From: Clostridia bacterium
GTDB lineage: Bacteria; Bacillota; Clostridia; RGIG6154
DNA length: 64,000 bases
NCBI GenBank assembly: GCA_045593265.1
Contig: JAZNWH010000054.1
Location: forward strand, 28,832-92,831
Direction of reading: 5' to 3'
Part shown: positions 1 through 9,768 of the stretch, piece after piece
How positions within the stretch are numbered: the first letter of the stretch is position 1
How the letters are laid out: every line of letters begins with the position of its first letter
Translations under genes and position numbers: made by a program
The notes under the pieces: model-generated
The model's input: the letters and a program-made list of their open reading frames with translations, nothing else
Database searches by the model: none
What the model was told of the DNA's origin: nothing

Positions 1-323
1 AGCGTAGCAGGAGTTGATGAAAAGACATCCAGCTCCGTTGATTTACACTCAAATCCAATAATAATTACGTTTGGAGCATTATCATCTCCACTTGTGAGAG
101 AATGAATTTCATCCTCTTTGTGGATAATAAGCTGATTTTTCTTTAATTCCCCCGAAAAGTTTTCAGCTTTAACGGAAATTTTTCCGTTATCCACATATAC
201 AAGCTCCCTGAATGAATGACTGTTTTTAGAAGTATTGTACTCCTTGGTAAACTCATAGTAATGAATGTTTGCAATTTTTGAAACATCCAGAACCTTTTCA
301 AACCGCTTTAGTTTGAATTCCAT
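1..323 (-). CDS. AraC-family regulator, N-terminal sensor (cupin-like) part; the gene runs off the left edge
   Basis: Absent from the ORF track because it is truncated. The reverse-strand ATG at 321-323 reads MEFKLKRFEKVLDVSKIANIHYYEFTKEY...RELVYVDNGKISV...LIIHKEDEIHSL. This resembles AraC N-terminal barrels such as 12758..13525. It is divergent from the 542 gene. Confidence 0.5.
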   Translation of the reverse strand, partial: MEFKLKRFEKVLDVSKIANIHYYEFTKEYNTSKNSHSFRELVYVDNGKISVKAENFSGELKKNQLIIHKEDEIHSLTSGDDNAPNVIIIGFECKSTELDVFSSTPAT

Positions 324-427
324 ATTCTCTTTCCCCTTACGCAATTGCTTAAAGACCTTCAAAAGGTCAAAACTCTTTCCTTTTTTTATGATAGCATAAA
401 ATTGTCGTTTGTCAAGAATTTTTTTGT

Positions 428-498
428 GTCAAAGTAAAATATTTGTAATATTGTGTAAACGAAATTTAATATAGTCTAAATACAGATTTCTTATTTTA
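428..498. promoter_or_regulatory. Copy A of a ~70-bp conserved upstream region, shared with 3251..3319
   Basis: aaagtaaaatatttgtaatattgtgtaaacgaaatttaatatagtctaaatacagatttcttatttta aligns at roughly 75% identity with the region upstream of the 3361 operon. Confidence 0.45.
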
Positions 499-541
499 AG
501 GTATAATTTAGATACATTATATAATAGAAAGGGATGTTTTT

Positions 542-3193
542 ATGAAGAAAAGAATGTCAAGAATTACAGCAATAATTGTAGCGCTTGCTATGCTGTTTTC
601 CTTTGCATCCGTAAGTGCTCAGGAGGTGTCTGAAAACCCAAGGGTAACAGGCTCTCTTGAATTTGAAGACCCTGCGTTAAAGCTCATTATTTATGTAGCG
701 CCTGACGGAGACGACAAAAATGCAGGAACAATTGAAGAACCTCTTGCTACAATGGTTGGTGCAAGAGACAAAATCCGTGAAGTTAAGAATACAACAGGAC
801 TTCCAGAGGGGGGAGCGGTTGTGTATTTCCGCGGCGGAACTTATGAAATCAGAGAAGGTATGACTTTTACAGGTCAGGACTCAGGAACTGAGAACGGAAG
901 AATTATATACAGAAACTATCCTGGTGAAACAGTTGATTTCGTAGGAGCAGCTTCTCTTTCCTGGGATGATTTTGAAAAGGTAACCGATAAGAAGATTTTG
1001 GACAAAATTATAGATGAAAATGCAAAAGACCACATTTACAGCCTTAATTTAAAGGAATATGGTTTTACAAATCTTCAGGCACCTGTATGGCCGGGACCTT
1101 ATTCCTATTGGGGGGACCTCATGAAGCTTCTTACTCCAAAATACGGAATAACCAAACCTGCAACAAAGTCATCGGAGCTTATTGTAAACGGAAAATCAAT
1201 GACTATTGCAAGATATCCTAACGACGGACTTATTGAGATTGCTGAAGTAATTGAAGCAGGCTGGGATCCGGGAAGTCTTATGCAGGACGGTAAGCAGATT
1301 ATGGATGAAGAGGCACCTGCTACCGAATTTATCGTTGATGACGACAGAGTTAAAAACTGGGTTGGCGTTGAAGGTGCGATTATGTACGGTACTTTCTGCT
1401 ACTCATGGGGGTCTCACGCAACAGAGCTTGGGGAAGTTGTTGCTGAGGATAATATAATAAAGGCAAAATATCCTATGTGGTATCCTACAAGAACAGGTCA
1501 GAGCTTTTATGTGTTTAACCTGATTGAAGAAATGGATATGCCCGGCGAATATTATGTTGACGTAGAAGAAGGTATTCTTTATATCTACGAGCCTGAAGAA
1601 GAAGTTCGTGAGGTTGCATACACAACTCTTGAAGATATTATGATTCTTCTTGACGGGGCAAATTATCTTACATTTAAAAACATTAATATGAAGTATATGA
1701 AGAACCGTGCGTTCCAGTTTTCAAATAACCACGATTGTGAGCTTATAGGAGCAGAAATTTCATATACAAGCAACACCTTTGCAACATATGTATTCGGAAA
1801 TAACAATAAGGTACTCGATTGCTATTACCACGATAACGATGGCGGCGTTGAGGTTGCAGGCGGAGACAGAGCAACTCTTACACGCAGTAATAATCTTCTT
1901 GAAAACTCAAAGTTTGAAAGAAATGACAGACTTTCATCTACATATTCTGCCGGTGTTGGTATAACACGTTGTGGTAATATTGTAAGACATTGCGATATTT
2001 CAGATGCAGACCATCTTTTGATTTCCTATTCAGGTAACTATCAGGAGCTTTCCTACTGTGATATATGGGGAGCGTGTCAGAACGCTGACGATATGGGTGC
2101 CATTTATGCAGGACGTGATATAACACAGAGAGGAAACATCATTAATAACAACTACATCCATGATATCGGCGGCGGAGATGCTATGGGTTCAAACGGATGC
2201 CATGGTATATTCTTAGATGACTGGTGGTCAGCTGCCAAAATGGAAGGTAACGTATTTGCAAACATTCTTGACGGGGCAGCAATAATGCTCGCAGGAAGCT
2301 ATAATGAAATGAACAACAATATGGTTATTAACTGTATGGAATCATTCAGATTAACACGTTCATTCAACTACGGAAATCCTGATGACTTTGTAGTATTTCA
2401 GGAAAAGGCAGAGTCAGTACCTGTTAAGAGTGAGCTTTGGATGAATGCTTTCCCCGGAATTGAAAATTGTATTGATGAAGAAGGCAAGCCTGATATGAAT
2501 AATCATATTGTGGCAACTAATAACCTCTTCTACGATGCACCCCTTCCGACAACATCAGAGCAGGTTGCAGCAACTGCTGTTCTTGAAAACAATGTAGTGT
2601 TTGAAAAGAATCCGGGCTTTGTGAATAAAGCACAAGGAAACTATCAGTTAAACGAAAACGCAAGAGTGTTCAGAGAAATGGAAAACTTCCAGCCTATTCC
2701 TTTTGACAAAATGGGTATGTATACCGACAGAGCAATGGACAAGATAAAGGATGCTTATGTGTTTAGTATAGGCAGCAGGTATATGCTCCAAAACGGTGAA
2801 AAGGTAGAAAGCAACAAAACAGAAGCAATCGTTCTTAACGGTACGATGTATGTTCCATTGAGAACAGGTGCTCAGGCAGTTGGTGCTACAGTTGAGTTTA
2901 ACGAAGCTGACGAAAAAGTAAATGTTTCAAACGGAGCAAAGACTGTTGAATTTATAAGCAATGGTACACTCGGCAGCATAAATGTTAATGGTGAAACATA
3001 TAACCTTAAAAAATCAATAGAAAACATCGGCTATACAAACTATATCTCTGTAGAAGACCTTGCTGATATTTTTGAAAAATATCTTGTAACTGATAATGAT
3101 ATAACAGTTATCAGCTCAACAGATGCATTATTTGACAAAACAGAAGACGCAGGACTTTTAAGATATATTGGAGAACAGATTAAGATATACTAA
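542..3193 (+). CDS. Secreted right-handed beta-helix (pectate-lyase fold) protein with a C-terminal copper-amine-oxidase-N-like stalk domain
   Basis: Has an N-terminal signal peptide (MKKRMSRITAIIVALAMLFSFASVSAQE). The centre is rich in repetitive N/G/D motifs typical of parallel beta-helix repeats. The C terminus reads NGTMYVPLRTGAQAVGATVEFNE, like Clostridial stalk domains. Confidence 0.55.
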   Translation: MKKRMSRITAIIVALAMLFSFASVSAQEVSENPRVTGSLEFEDPALKLIIYVAPDGDDKNAGTIEEPLATMVGARDKIREVKNTTGLPEGGAVVYFRGGTYEIREGMTFTGQDSGTENGRIIYRNYPGETVDFVGAASLSWDDFEKVTDKKILDKIIDENAKDHIYSLNLKEYGFTNLQAPVWPGPYSYWGDLMKLLTPKYGITKPATKSSELIVNGKSMTIARYPNDGLIEIAEVIEAGWDPGSLMQDGKQIMDEEAPATEFIVDDDRVKNWVGVEGAIMYGTFCYSWGSHATELGEVVAEDNIIKAKYPMWYPTRTGQSFYVFNLIEEMDMPGEYYVDVEEGILYIYEPEEEVREVAYTTLEDIMILLDGANYLTFKNINMKYMKNRAFQFSNNHDCELIGAEISYTSNTFATYVFGNNNKVLDCYYHDNDGGVEVAGGDRATLTRSNNLLENSKFERNDRLSSTYSAGVGITRCGNIVRHCDISDADHLLISYSGNYQELSYCDIWGACQNADDMGAIYAGRDITQRGNIINNNYIHDIGGGDAMGSNGCHGIFLDDWWSAAKMEGNVFANILDGAAIMLAGSYNEMNNNMVINCMESFRLTRSFNYGNPDDFVVFQEKAESVPVKSELWMNAFPGIENCIDEEGKPDMNNHIVATNNLFYDAPLPTTSEQVAATAVLENNVVFEKNPGFVNKAQGNYQLNENARVFREMENFQPIPFDKMGMYTDRAMDKIKDAYVFSIGSRYMLQNGEKVESNKTEAIVLNGTMYVPLRTGAQAVGATVEFNEADEKVNVSNGAKTVEFISNGTLGSINVNGETYNLKKSIENIGYTNYISVEDLADIFEKYLVTDNDITVISSTDALFDKTEDAGLLRYIGEQIKIY

Positions 3194-3198
3194 AATAA

Positions 3199-3233
3199 AA
3201 AACTGTTGGAATGTATTGTTCCAACAGTTTTTT
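3199..3233 (+). terminator. Rho-independent terminator
   Basis: aaaactgttggaa-tgtattg-ttccaacagtttttt lies immediately after the stop at 3193. Confidence 0.8.
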
Positions 3234-3250
3234 ACATTCCCATCTTGTTA

Positions 3251-3319
3251 TGAAAGTAAATTCTTGTAATATCGTGCAAATAAAATTTAAGATAATCTAA
3301 ATACAAATTTACTTATTAG
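3251..3319. promoter_or_regulatory. Copy B of the conserved upstream region (see 428..498)
   Basis: tgaaagtaaattcttgtaatatcgtgcaaataaaatttaagataatctaaatacaaatttacttattag sits about 45 nt upstream of the 3361 start. Confidence 0.45.
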
Positions 3320-3360
3320 TGCTATGATTATTATAGTGTTACTATGTAATAAAAGAAAGG

Positions 3361-4551
3361 ATGGTAATTATTATGTCAAGAATATGTATACCCGATTACG
3401 AGTATAAGGAAAGAATTGCAAGAGCTGCAAAGTTAGTTCGTGAAAAAGGACTCGACGTTATGGTTGTTTGCAGCACAGAATCTGATTATGCAAACGCAAG
3501 ATATTTCAGCGGTTTCTGGCCTCTTTTTGAAAGAGCAGGTGTTGCTATTTCCGCAAGTGGCGAAGCTGCACTTATGGTTGGCCCTGAATGTATCATTTTT
3601 GCAAAGGACGTTTCAGGTTCAAGAATTGAAAAGATTTTCTGCTTAAGAGAATTCCGTGAATCAGCTGACCCTTCATATCCTGAACTTCATGCTGATACAT
3701 TTAAGGATGTTTTCAAAGCAATCGGCGTAACAGGCGAAAATATAAAAATCGGTCTCGGAAGCTATGTTGAATGTACACTTCCTATTTATGAAGGCTTAAA
3801 GGATAACTTCCCTAAGGCTGAAATCGTTAAGTGCAACGAAATTATGGTTGAACTCCGTAAAATCAAGAGTGCAAACGAAATCGCTTGTATTCAGGAAGGT
3901 TTCAGAATTGTTGATATCGCAACAGACGAAGTTATCAGAAACTTAAAGCCTGGTGTAACAGAATTACAGATGGTTGGTATTGCTCAGAGAGTTATTTATG
4001 AAGAAGGTGCAGAATACGAAGGTCTTCCTATGTATGTATTCAGCGAAAAATCAACAAGCCATGCAATCAGCCGCAGCGGTTACAGAACAATCAACAAGGG
4101 CGATATCGTTCAGCTTAACCTCTCTGCTAAGATTGACGGTTATTCACCTGCAATCGGTCTTCCTGTTGTTATGGGTAAACTTGAAGGCGAAAGAAGAAGA
4201 GTTGTTGAATTCTGTAAGAATGCTCATGACTGGACAATTGACCAGTTAAAAGCAGGTGTTATGGCTTCAAGTGTTGCTAAGGACTTCTACAAGATGTATG
4301 TTGACAACGGTTTTGAAAAGAACTTTGTTTACGGCCCTTGCCATGGTACAGGTATGATTGAAGTTGAAGCTCCATGGATGGAAACATCATCAGATTATCC
4401 TCTTGAAGAAAATATGACATTCCAGGTTGATACATTTATCATGGGCGACGGCTTTGGCTGCAGATGGGAAATCGGTGCAGCTATCACTAAAGACGGTTGC
4501 AGAAAGATGACAGATTACCTCAAGAAAGGAATTATAGAACTCGATGTATAA
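3361..4551 (+). CDS. M24-family metallopeptidase (Xaa-Pro peptidase / creatinase fold)
   Basis: 396 aa. It has a creatinase-like N-domain (GLDVMVVCSTESDYANARYFSG) and a pita-bread C-domain pattern (GDIVQLNLSAKIDGY...HGTGMIEVE). The start could instead be the ATG at 3373. Confidence 0.65.
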   Translation: MVIIMSRICIPDYEYKERIARAAKLVREKGLDVMVVCSTESDYANARYFSGFWPLFERAGVAISASGEAALMVGPECIIFAKDVSGSRIEKIFCLREFRESADPSYPELHADTFKDVFKAIGVTGENIKIGLGSYVECTLPIYEGLKDNFPKAEIVKCNEIMVELRKIKSANEIACIQEGFRIVDIATDEVIRNLKPGVTELQMVGIAQRVIYEEGAEYEGLPMYVFSEKSTSHAISRSGYRTINKGDIVQLNLSAKIDGYSPAIGLPVVMGKLEGERRRVVEFCKNAHDWTIDQLKAGVMASSVAKDFYKMYVDNGFEKNFVYGPCHGTGMIEVEAPWMETSSDYPLEENMTFQVDTFIMGDGFGCRWEIGAAITKDGCRKMTDYLKKGIIELDV

Positions 4552-4918
4552 TAAAACCTTGGGAAAATTGAATTGGATTATACCTGACTGTGAGCTTCCT
4601 CAGGAGGGCGAAGGTGTAGCAAAGGGTCATGAATCCGTAATTATCGTAAATGATTCAGATGTTGATGCTGAAATTTTAGTAAGCATTTACTTCACCGACA
4701 AAGAACCTTACACAAATATCAGATGGAAGGTCGGCGCAAAAAGAGTAAAATGCTTCAGAATGAACAATGTGGAGCATATGGATGGTTTCAAAGTTCCTTT
4801 TGAAACACAGTATGCTATGAAAGTATCAAGTAATACTCCTATTGTACTCCAGTATGGCAGACTTGATAACACTCAGCCAAATCTGGCATTTTACACAACA
4901 CTCGGCTATGCAGAGTAA
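4544..4918 (+). CDS. Sensory-rhodopsin-transducer (ASRT, PF07100-like) family small beta protein
   Basis: 124 aa. WIIPDCELPQ...HESVIIVNDSDVDAEILVSIYFTDKEP...VPIVLQYGRLDNTQPNLAFYTTLGYA parallels the Anabaena ASRT and TM1070 pattern as I recall it. Its start overlaps the M24 gene stop by 8 nt. Confidence 0.55.
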   Translation: MYNKTLGKLNWIIPDCELPQEGEGVAKGHESVIIVNDSDVDAEILVSIYFTDKEPYTNIRWKVGAKRVKCFRMNNVEHMDGFKVPFETQYAMKVSSNTPIVLQYGRLDNTQPNLAFYTTLGYAE

Positions 4919-4935
4919 ATAAAATTACATAATTT

Positions 4936-4991
4936 CAGGGGCGGATGTCTGCACCCGTCTGTATGGGCGATGCATCTGTGCCCCTGTTTTT
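4936..4991 (+). terminator. Long GC-rich hairpin plus T-run (terminator or attenuator between ASRT and the creatininase gene)
   Basis: caggggc...gcccctg encloses GC-rich REP-like half sites and is followed by ttttt. Confidence 0.55.
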
Positions 4992-5017
4992 ATTAACCAA
5001 GAAAGGAAGTAAAAATT

Positions 5018-5752
5018 ATGGAATTTAATATGAGCTTTCCAAAGGAATTTAACAATGTTAAGGAAAACAGAATTCCTTTTGTAATTTGTGGTGGAACAGT
5101 TGAATATCACGGACCTCATTGCTCCTACGGTTGCGATACCTTGGTTGCAGAAGGTTTGATTAAAAAGCTTGCAGAAAGAAAAGAGCTTATGATGGCTCCT
5201 TCGATTTATTACAGCCCTTCAAGCTATGCAGTTGCCGACGAAACAAGTGGAACTGTGCATATTGAAGAAGATGTTTTTGAAGCATATTTAATGCAGATTT
5301 TCACAAGTATGCTTGAAGCAGGACTTAGAAATATCTATGTGGTTATTCATCATCAGTTTGAACAGGAAAACTTAAAGCCTATGACTCTTTCATATATGAA
5401 AGCATCTCAAAGAGCAATTATGAGATATCTTGAAAAGACCCAGGGCAGAGGCTGGTGGGGAAGCGAAAACTATGCTGACTACTACGAAAATGTAGGCGGC
5501 GGCGATGACCCATTCTCCTGGATTAAGGTTATTCCTACAATGAGCACAGAGGTGCAGAACGCAACAGGCTACGACCACGCAGGTGAATTCGAATGTTCAA
5601 TCCTTATGTCTCTTTATCCTGATGCAGTTAAGCTCGAAAGACTCGGTGATATCAAACATTGGTTTACTGCAAGCGCAGCTAAAGCAAACAAAGAGCTTGG
5701 AGATAAAATGGTAGAACAATCTCTTGCTTACCTTGAAAAGAAAATTGTATAA
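5018..5752 (+). CDS. Creatininase-family amidohydrolase
   Basis: 244 aa. FVICGGTVEYHGPHCSYGCDT matches the E-x-HG-x-H...D metal motif of the creatininase family. RBS is aaggaag. Confidence 0.65.
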   Translation: MEFNMSFPKEFNNVKENRIPFVICGGTVEYHGPHCSYGCDTLVAEGLIKKLAERKELMMAPSIYYSPSSYAVADETSGTVHIEEDVFEAYLMQIFTSMLEAGLRNIYVVIHHQFEQENLKPMTLSYMKASQRAIMRYLEKTQGRGWWGSENYADYYENVGGGDDPFSWIKVIPTMSTEVQNATGYDHAGEFECSILMSLYPDAVKLERLGDIKHWFTASAAKANKELGDKMVEQSLAYLEKKIV

Positions 5753-5831
5753 AAACAGGTAAAGTAAAAGATAGAAAAAAGAAAATAACGGAGCAGAAAT
5801 ACAACTATTCATAAGGATATAAACAAAAAAC

Positions 5832-5875
5832 AAAACCTTTCAAAGTAGCGTAATTAAGCTATTTTGAAAGGTTTT
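5832..5875. terminator. Bidirectional terminator between convergent genes
   Basis: aaaacctttcaaa...tttgaaaggtttt, with A and T runs on both sides. Confidence 0.75.
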
Positions 5876-5897
5876 ATTTATCGATATGTTTTTATAA

Positions 5898-6809
5898 TTA
5901 ATTCAATTTAATCCACTCACCAAATTTTAAATCCCATTCCTCCGGATAAAATGGTGAAAAACCAGATGCAGGGAAAAATGTAATTTCACCAAAATATATT
6001 TTCCCATTTATATCATAAAGATCAATTCGCACAAAAGTCATATCACGGGACAAAAGCTTCGCAATCTCCAACATTTTTTCATATGATTTCGGTTTTGCTA
6101 TTTCATCATCATAAATAAAACCTCGGCCCACAGGCATTTTTTTCCACTCTTTATCATATATTATGATTTTTGATGATTGACCTATTGTTCTCTCGGTACA
6201 AACAAAACAGCATTTTGGTTCTCCACCGAAGCACATAAACTTATAATCCTTCAACTCTGTTTCTGATTCATCTATCATATATTTTTCAGCAATAATTCTG
6301 GGTTTCACGTTTTTATAAGGCCATTCTCTGTTCTGCCAAAAATAATCACGCTTAAGACGTCTGTTTATTTTCTTCCTGGCAGCAGTTATATTAAACTGTG
6401 ATTTATCTTTGCATATAACAATGCCACCACTGTCATGCGTACATTTGAGCACAAACTGATTTGGGAGCTTGTCAAAATCAATCTCGTCAAAGCTGTTCCA
6501 CACACCAAGAAGAGGTATTAGATATTCCTCTCCGATTTTTTCAGCTATGTAATTTCTTACCTCATATTTATCAACCATTTTTGCATATTCGGGATTTCTG
6601 TCATAAAGCTTTAGCCATTGCAGTTTTTCATTGAATGTTATCGGATTCTGAAGATTAAGTTTTTTCCCGGTTTTTGCTTTATATAGTTTTTTGAGGTATT
6701 CCTCATCCGACATATTTCTATAAAAACCTAAGATACTTAACATCGGCATTCTGTATTTTTTGCTTTTGAAAAATAATATTACCTTTTCAACTAAAAAACT
6801 TTTTGCCAT
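5898..6809 (-). CDS. ATP-grasp fold amidoligase family protein (TupA-like)
   Basis: 303 aa. NPITFNEKLQWLKLYDRNPEYAKMVDKYEVRNYIAEKIGEEYLIPLLGVW...QFVLKCTHDSGG is the characteristic TupA-like ATP-grasp sequence. Confidence 0.8.
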   Translation of the reverse strand: MAKSFLVEKVILFFKSKKYRMPMLSILGFYRNMSDEEYLKKLYKAKTGKKLNLQNPITFNEKLQWLKLYDRNPEYAKMVDKYEVRNYIAEKIGEEYLIPLLGVWNSFDEIDFDKLPNQFVLKCTHDSGGIVICKDKSQFNITAARKKINRRLKRDYFWQNREWPYKNVKPRIIAEKYMIDESETELKDYKFMCFGGEPKCCFVCTERTIGQSSKIIIYDKEWKKMPVGRGFIYDDEIAKPKSYEKMLEIAKLLSRDMTFVRIDLYDINGKIYFGEITFFPASGFSPFYPEEWDLKFGEWIKLN

Positions 6810-6941
6810 TATTCATCACCTTATTTCATAATATTAAGATACTTATCAAAATTACTATATCATACTTATAATAACATATTGTTTTAAATAAATCAAGAGT
6901 ATACATACATGTGATAGAAAAATAGCTTTCACAAGAAACAC

Positions 6942-6969
6942 AAAAAATTGCGGCATATGCCGCAATTTT
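6942..6969 (-). terminator. Rho-independent terminator of uxaA
   Basis: aaaaaattgcggcatatgccgcaatttttt lies directly after the uxaA stop. Confidence 0.8.
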
Positions 6970-8337
6970 TTACAGGACAATGGAGTCTTTAAATATGGAA
7001 ATTTCACGATAGTTGTTAATTTCGTTTTTGGTTTCTTTTCCTGATGCTGTATCAAGAACAAAGTCAAAAAAATCATCGTCCAGGTCAATACCTTTTAACA
7101 AAGGGGATGCATCAAAATCAATCCAGTCTGATTTTTTTAAGGCTAAATTTTCATTGGTGGATATTTTAATCGTGGGAACAGGTGCTCCTAAAGGCGTACC
7201 TCTGCCTGTTGTGAACAAAATAAGATGAACACCGCAGGCTGTTAAATTGGTAATAGCTACAATGTCGTTGCCTGGTCCATTTAAAAGAGAAAGACCGTTT
7301 TTGTTTAATGTATCTCCGTAACTTAAGACATCCACAATTTCGCCCTGACCGCCTTTTTGAATACAGCCAAGGGATTTTTCCTCCAAGGTGGTAATTCCGC
7401 CTTTTTTATTACCGGGAGACGGATTTTCGTAAACCACCTGATTATGGCTTGTGAAGTAGTCCTTGAAGTTGTTTACAAGGGATACTGTTTTATTGAAGAT
7501 TTCTTCGTTTTTGCACCTTTTCATAAGAAGATGTTCTGCACCGAACATTTCAGGCACTTCGGTAAGAACACAGCTTCCACCAAAAGAAATGAGTTTGTCG
7601 GAAAATCTGCCAACAAGAGGGTTGGCGGTAATTCCCGAAAGCCCGTCGCTTCCTCCGCATTTTAAACCCACCTTTAATTTTGAAACGGGAATATCCTGTT
7701 TTTCAAAACTGTCAGCATATTCTTTTAGTTCATTTATAAGCTTTATACCCTCGGCAATTTCGTCTTCAAAGTCCTGACAATTTAAGAATTTAACTCTGTT
7801 TTCATCAATGTTACCTAAAACCTTTTTAAACTCTTCGATATTGTTATTTTCACACCCTAAGCCAAGAACAAGGACACCCCCTGCGTTAGGGTGATTTACA
7901 AGACCTTTTAAAATAAGCTGTGTTGTTTTATGGTCATCTCCAAGCTGAGAACAGCCGAAGGGATGTGGGAAGGAAAATGCCCCTGTTTCCTTTGAGAGCT
8001 TTTCAGAGATTTTATTTACGCATCCAACGGTGTTTACAATCCATATGTCGTTTCTTATGCCCACATCACCATTTTTTCGGATGTAGCCTTTGAAAGTTTT
8101 ATTGGATTGCTTTTTAGGTTCTGGGCTAAAGGGAGAATATGTGTATTCGATTTTCCCCGACAAGTTTGTTTTTAAATTATGGGTATGTACAAGGTCGCCC
8201 TTTTTTATGGTTTCCGTTGCGTGCCCTATAGCCTCACCGTATTTAATTATATTTTCACCTTTCAAAATATCTTTTAAAGCATATTTGTGCCCGTCAGCTA
8301 AATTAACTTCAACATTATCTTTTTTGTTTATAACCAT
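6970..8337 (-). CDS. uxaA: Altronate dehydratase (UxaA family, SAF domain plus large domain)
   Basis: 455 aa. It has an N-terminal SAF-like segment (GHKYALKDILKGENIIKYGEAIGHATETIKKGDLVHTHN) and a UxaA-type C-domain. It is adjacent to uxaB. Confidence 0.75.
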   Translation of the reverse strand: MVINKKDNVEVNLADGHKYALKDILKGENIIKYGEAIGHATETIKKGDLVHTHNLKTNLSGKIEYTYSPFSPEPKKQSNKTFKGYIRKNGDVGIRNDIWIVNTVGCVNKISEKLSKETGAFSFPHPFGCSQLGDDHKTTQLILKGLVNHPNAGGVLVLGLGCENNNIEEFKKVLGNIDENRVKFLNCQDFEDEIAEGIKLINELKEYADSFEKQDIPVSKLKVGLKCGGSDGLSGITANPLVGRFSDKLISFGGSCVLTEVPEMFGAEHLLMKRCKNEEIFNKTVSLVNNFKDYFTSHNQVVYENPSPGNKKGGITTLEEKSLGCIQKGGQGEIVDVLSYGDTLNKNGLSLLNGPGNDIVAITNLTACGVHLILFTTGRGTPLGAPVPTIKISTNENLALKKSDWIDFDASPLLKGIDLDDDFFDFVLDTASGKETKNEINNYREISIFKDSIVL

Positions 8338-9581
8338 TTTTGGACTTCTCCTTTAAGAAAGCTTAAATCGGTATCCCAGAAAAAAGTGTTTGAAAGAATT
8401 TCTTCTACAGATTTTTTTTTCATAAAATCCATTACTTCTTTTGCGTCATTAGGAGTACCCTTTTTGTAGAATTCAATTAACTTTGCAAGAGAGAAGCAAA
8501 GATTTTCGGGCATCTTGTCAAAACGCTTGATGTATTCAAGAATTGACGGAAGCACACGTACTTTAAATTTACTTACCGAATTAAGAGAAATTGCAGAACA
8601 AAAGTGCTTTATATATGGGTTTTCAAATCTTGTGAAAACGTTTTGTGCATAATCATTTAATTCTTTTTCAGGCAAATCAAGGGTAGGTATAATTTCTTCA
8701 TATACGCATTTCTTCACAAATGTTGAAATTTTTTCGTTATTCATACACTCTCCTACAGTCTCAACACCCTCTAAAAGTGCAAAAGGTATCATAGAAGTGT
8801 GAGCGCCGTTTAAAATGCGAACTTTACGGGTACGGTACATTTCAAGATTATCTGTTATAATTACATTAAGACCACACTTGTCAAAAGGCAAATCACAAAG
8901 AGCATTTTCATCTCCCTCAATTACCCACAAATGGAAAAACTCCGAGGTGTTAAACAATTTATCATCACCACAAAGGTCTGCTTCGTCTTTTGGGTAGCCT
9001 GTGTTTATTCTGTCAACTAAAGTGTTACAGAAAATATTCTCGGTATTTATCCATTTTATAAAGTCTTCGCCAAGACTCCATAATTTTGCATATTTCACAA
9101 CAATTTCTTTTAATTTCGTGCCATTCTTATCAATTAGCTCACAGGGAAGAAATACAAAGCCATCAAGACCTTTTGAAAATCTTTCGTAAAGCAGACGTGT
9201 TACCTTTGCAGGGAAAGATTTTGGAGGAGTATCATCAAATTTGTCTGTTTCGACAAATTCAATTCCTGCTTCTGTGGTGTTGGAAATTATGTATTTAAAA
9301 TCTGAATCTTCGGCAAGGTTTATGTATTTTTCAAATTCCGTATATGGGTTTACCGAGTCATTAATACAGCAAATCTTTGTTTCTTCAACACCCTCGACGC
9401 CTCTTATTAAATGACTGTACTGATAATTCTGTGCCTTTAAAAGTTCAACCATTCCCATTTCAATGGGCTGAACAACAGTAACAGAAATATCTGTGTTGCA
9501 GTTGTCATTCATTTTCTGGAACATCCAGTCGCAAAAGCCTCTTAAAAATCCGCCTTCACCAAATTGTATAATTTTAGTCAT
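8328..9581 (-). CDS. uxaB: Tagaturonate reductase / altronate oxidoreductase (mannitol dehydrogenase family)
   Basis: The sequence starting MTKIIQFGEGGFLRGFCDW is the typical UxaB N-terminus. I prefer the ATG at 9581, which has GGAG 7 nt upstream, over the track start at 9614. Confidence 0.75.
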   Translation of the reverse strand: MTKIIQFGEGGFLRGFCDWMFQKMNDNCNTDISVTVVQPIEMGMVELLKAQNYQYSHLIRGVEGVEETKICCINDSVNPYTEFEKYINLAEDSDFKYIISNTTEAGIEFVETDKFDDTPPKSFPAKVTRLLYERFSKGLDGFVFLPCELIDKNGTKLKEIVVKYAKLWSLGEDFIKWINTENIFCNTLVDRINTGYPKDEADLCGDDKLFNTSEFFHLWVIEGDENALCDLPFDKCGLNVIITDNLEMYRTRKVRILNGAHTSMIPFALLEGVETVGECMNNEKISTFVKKCVYEEIIPTLDLPEKELNDYAQNVFTRFENPYIKHFCSAISLNSVSKFKVRVLPSILEYIKRFDKMPENLCFSLAKLIEFYKKGTPNDAKEVMDFMKKKSVEEILSNTFFWDTDLSFLKGEVQKWL

Positions 9582-9768
9582 ATTAATCTCCATTCCGCCG
9601 CCATACGTCGGCACAAATAGTAATTAATTTCTCTTATCCGTATGGCAAGGAATGATAAGAGATTAATATGCCCATGTGCGTTTCTTTGCAAAAGCAAAGA
9701 AAATTTCGCACGGGCTGTTTAAATCCGCCGGGGGCAATAACGTGAAAGGAACTTTCACGTTATTCTCC

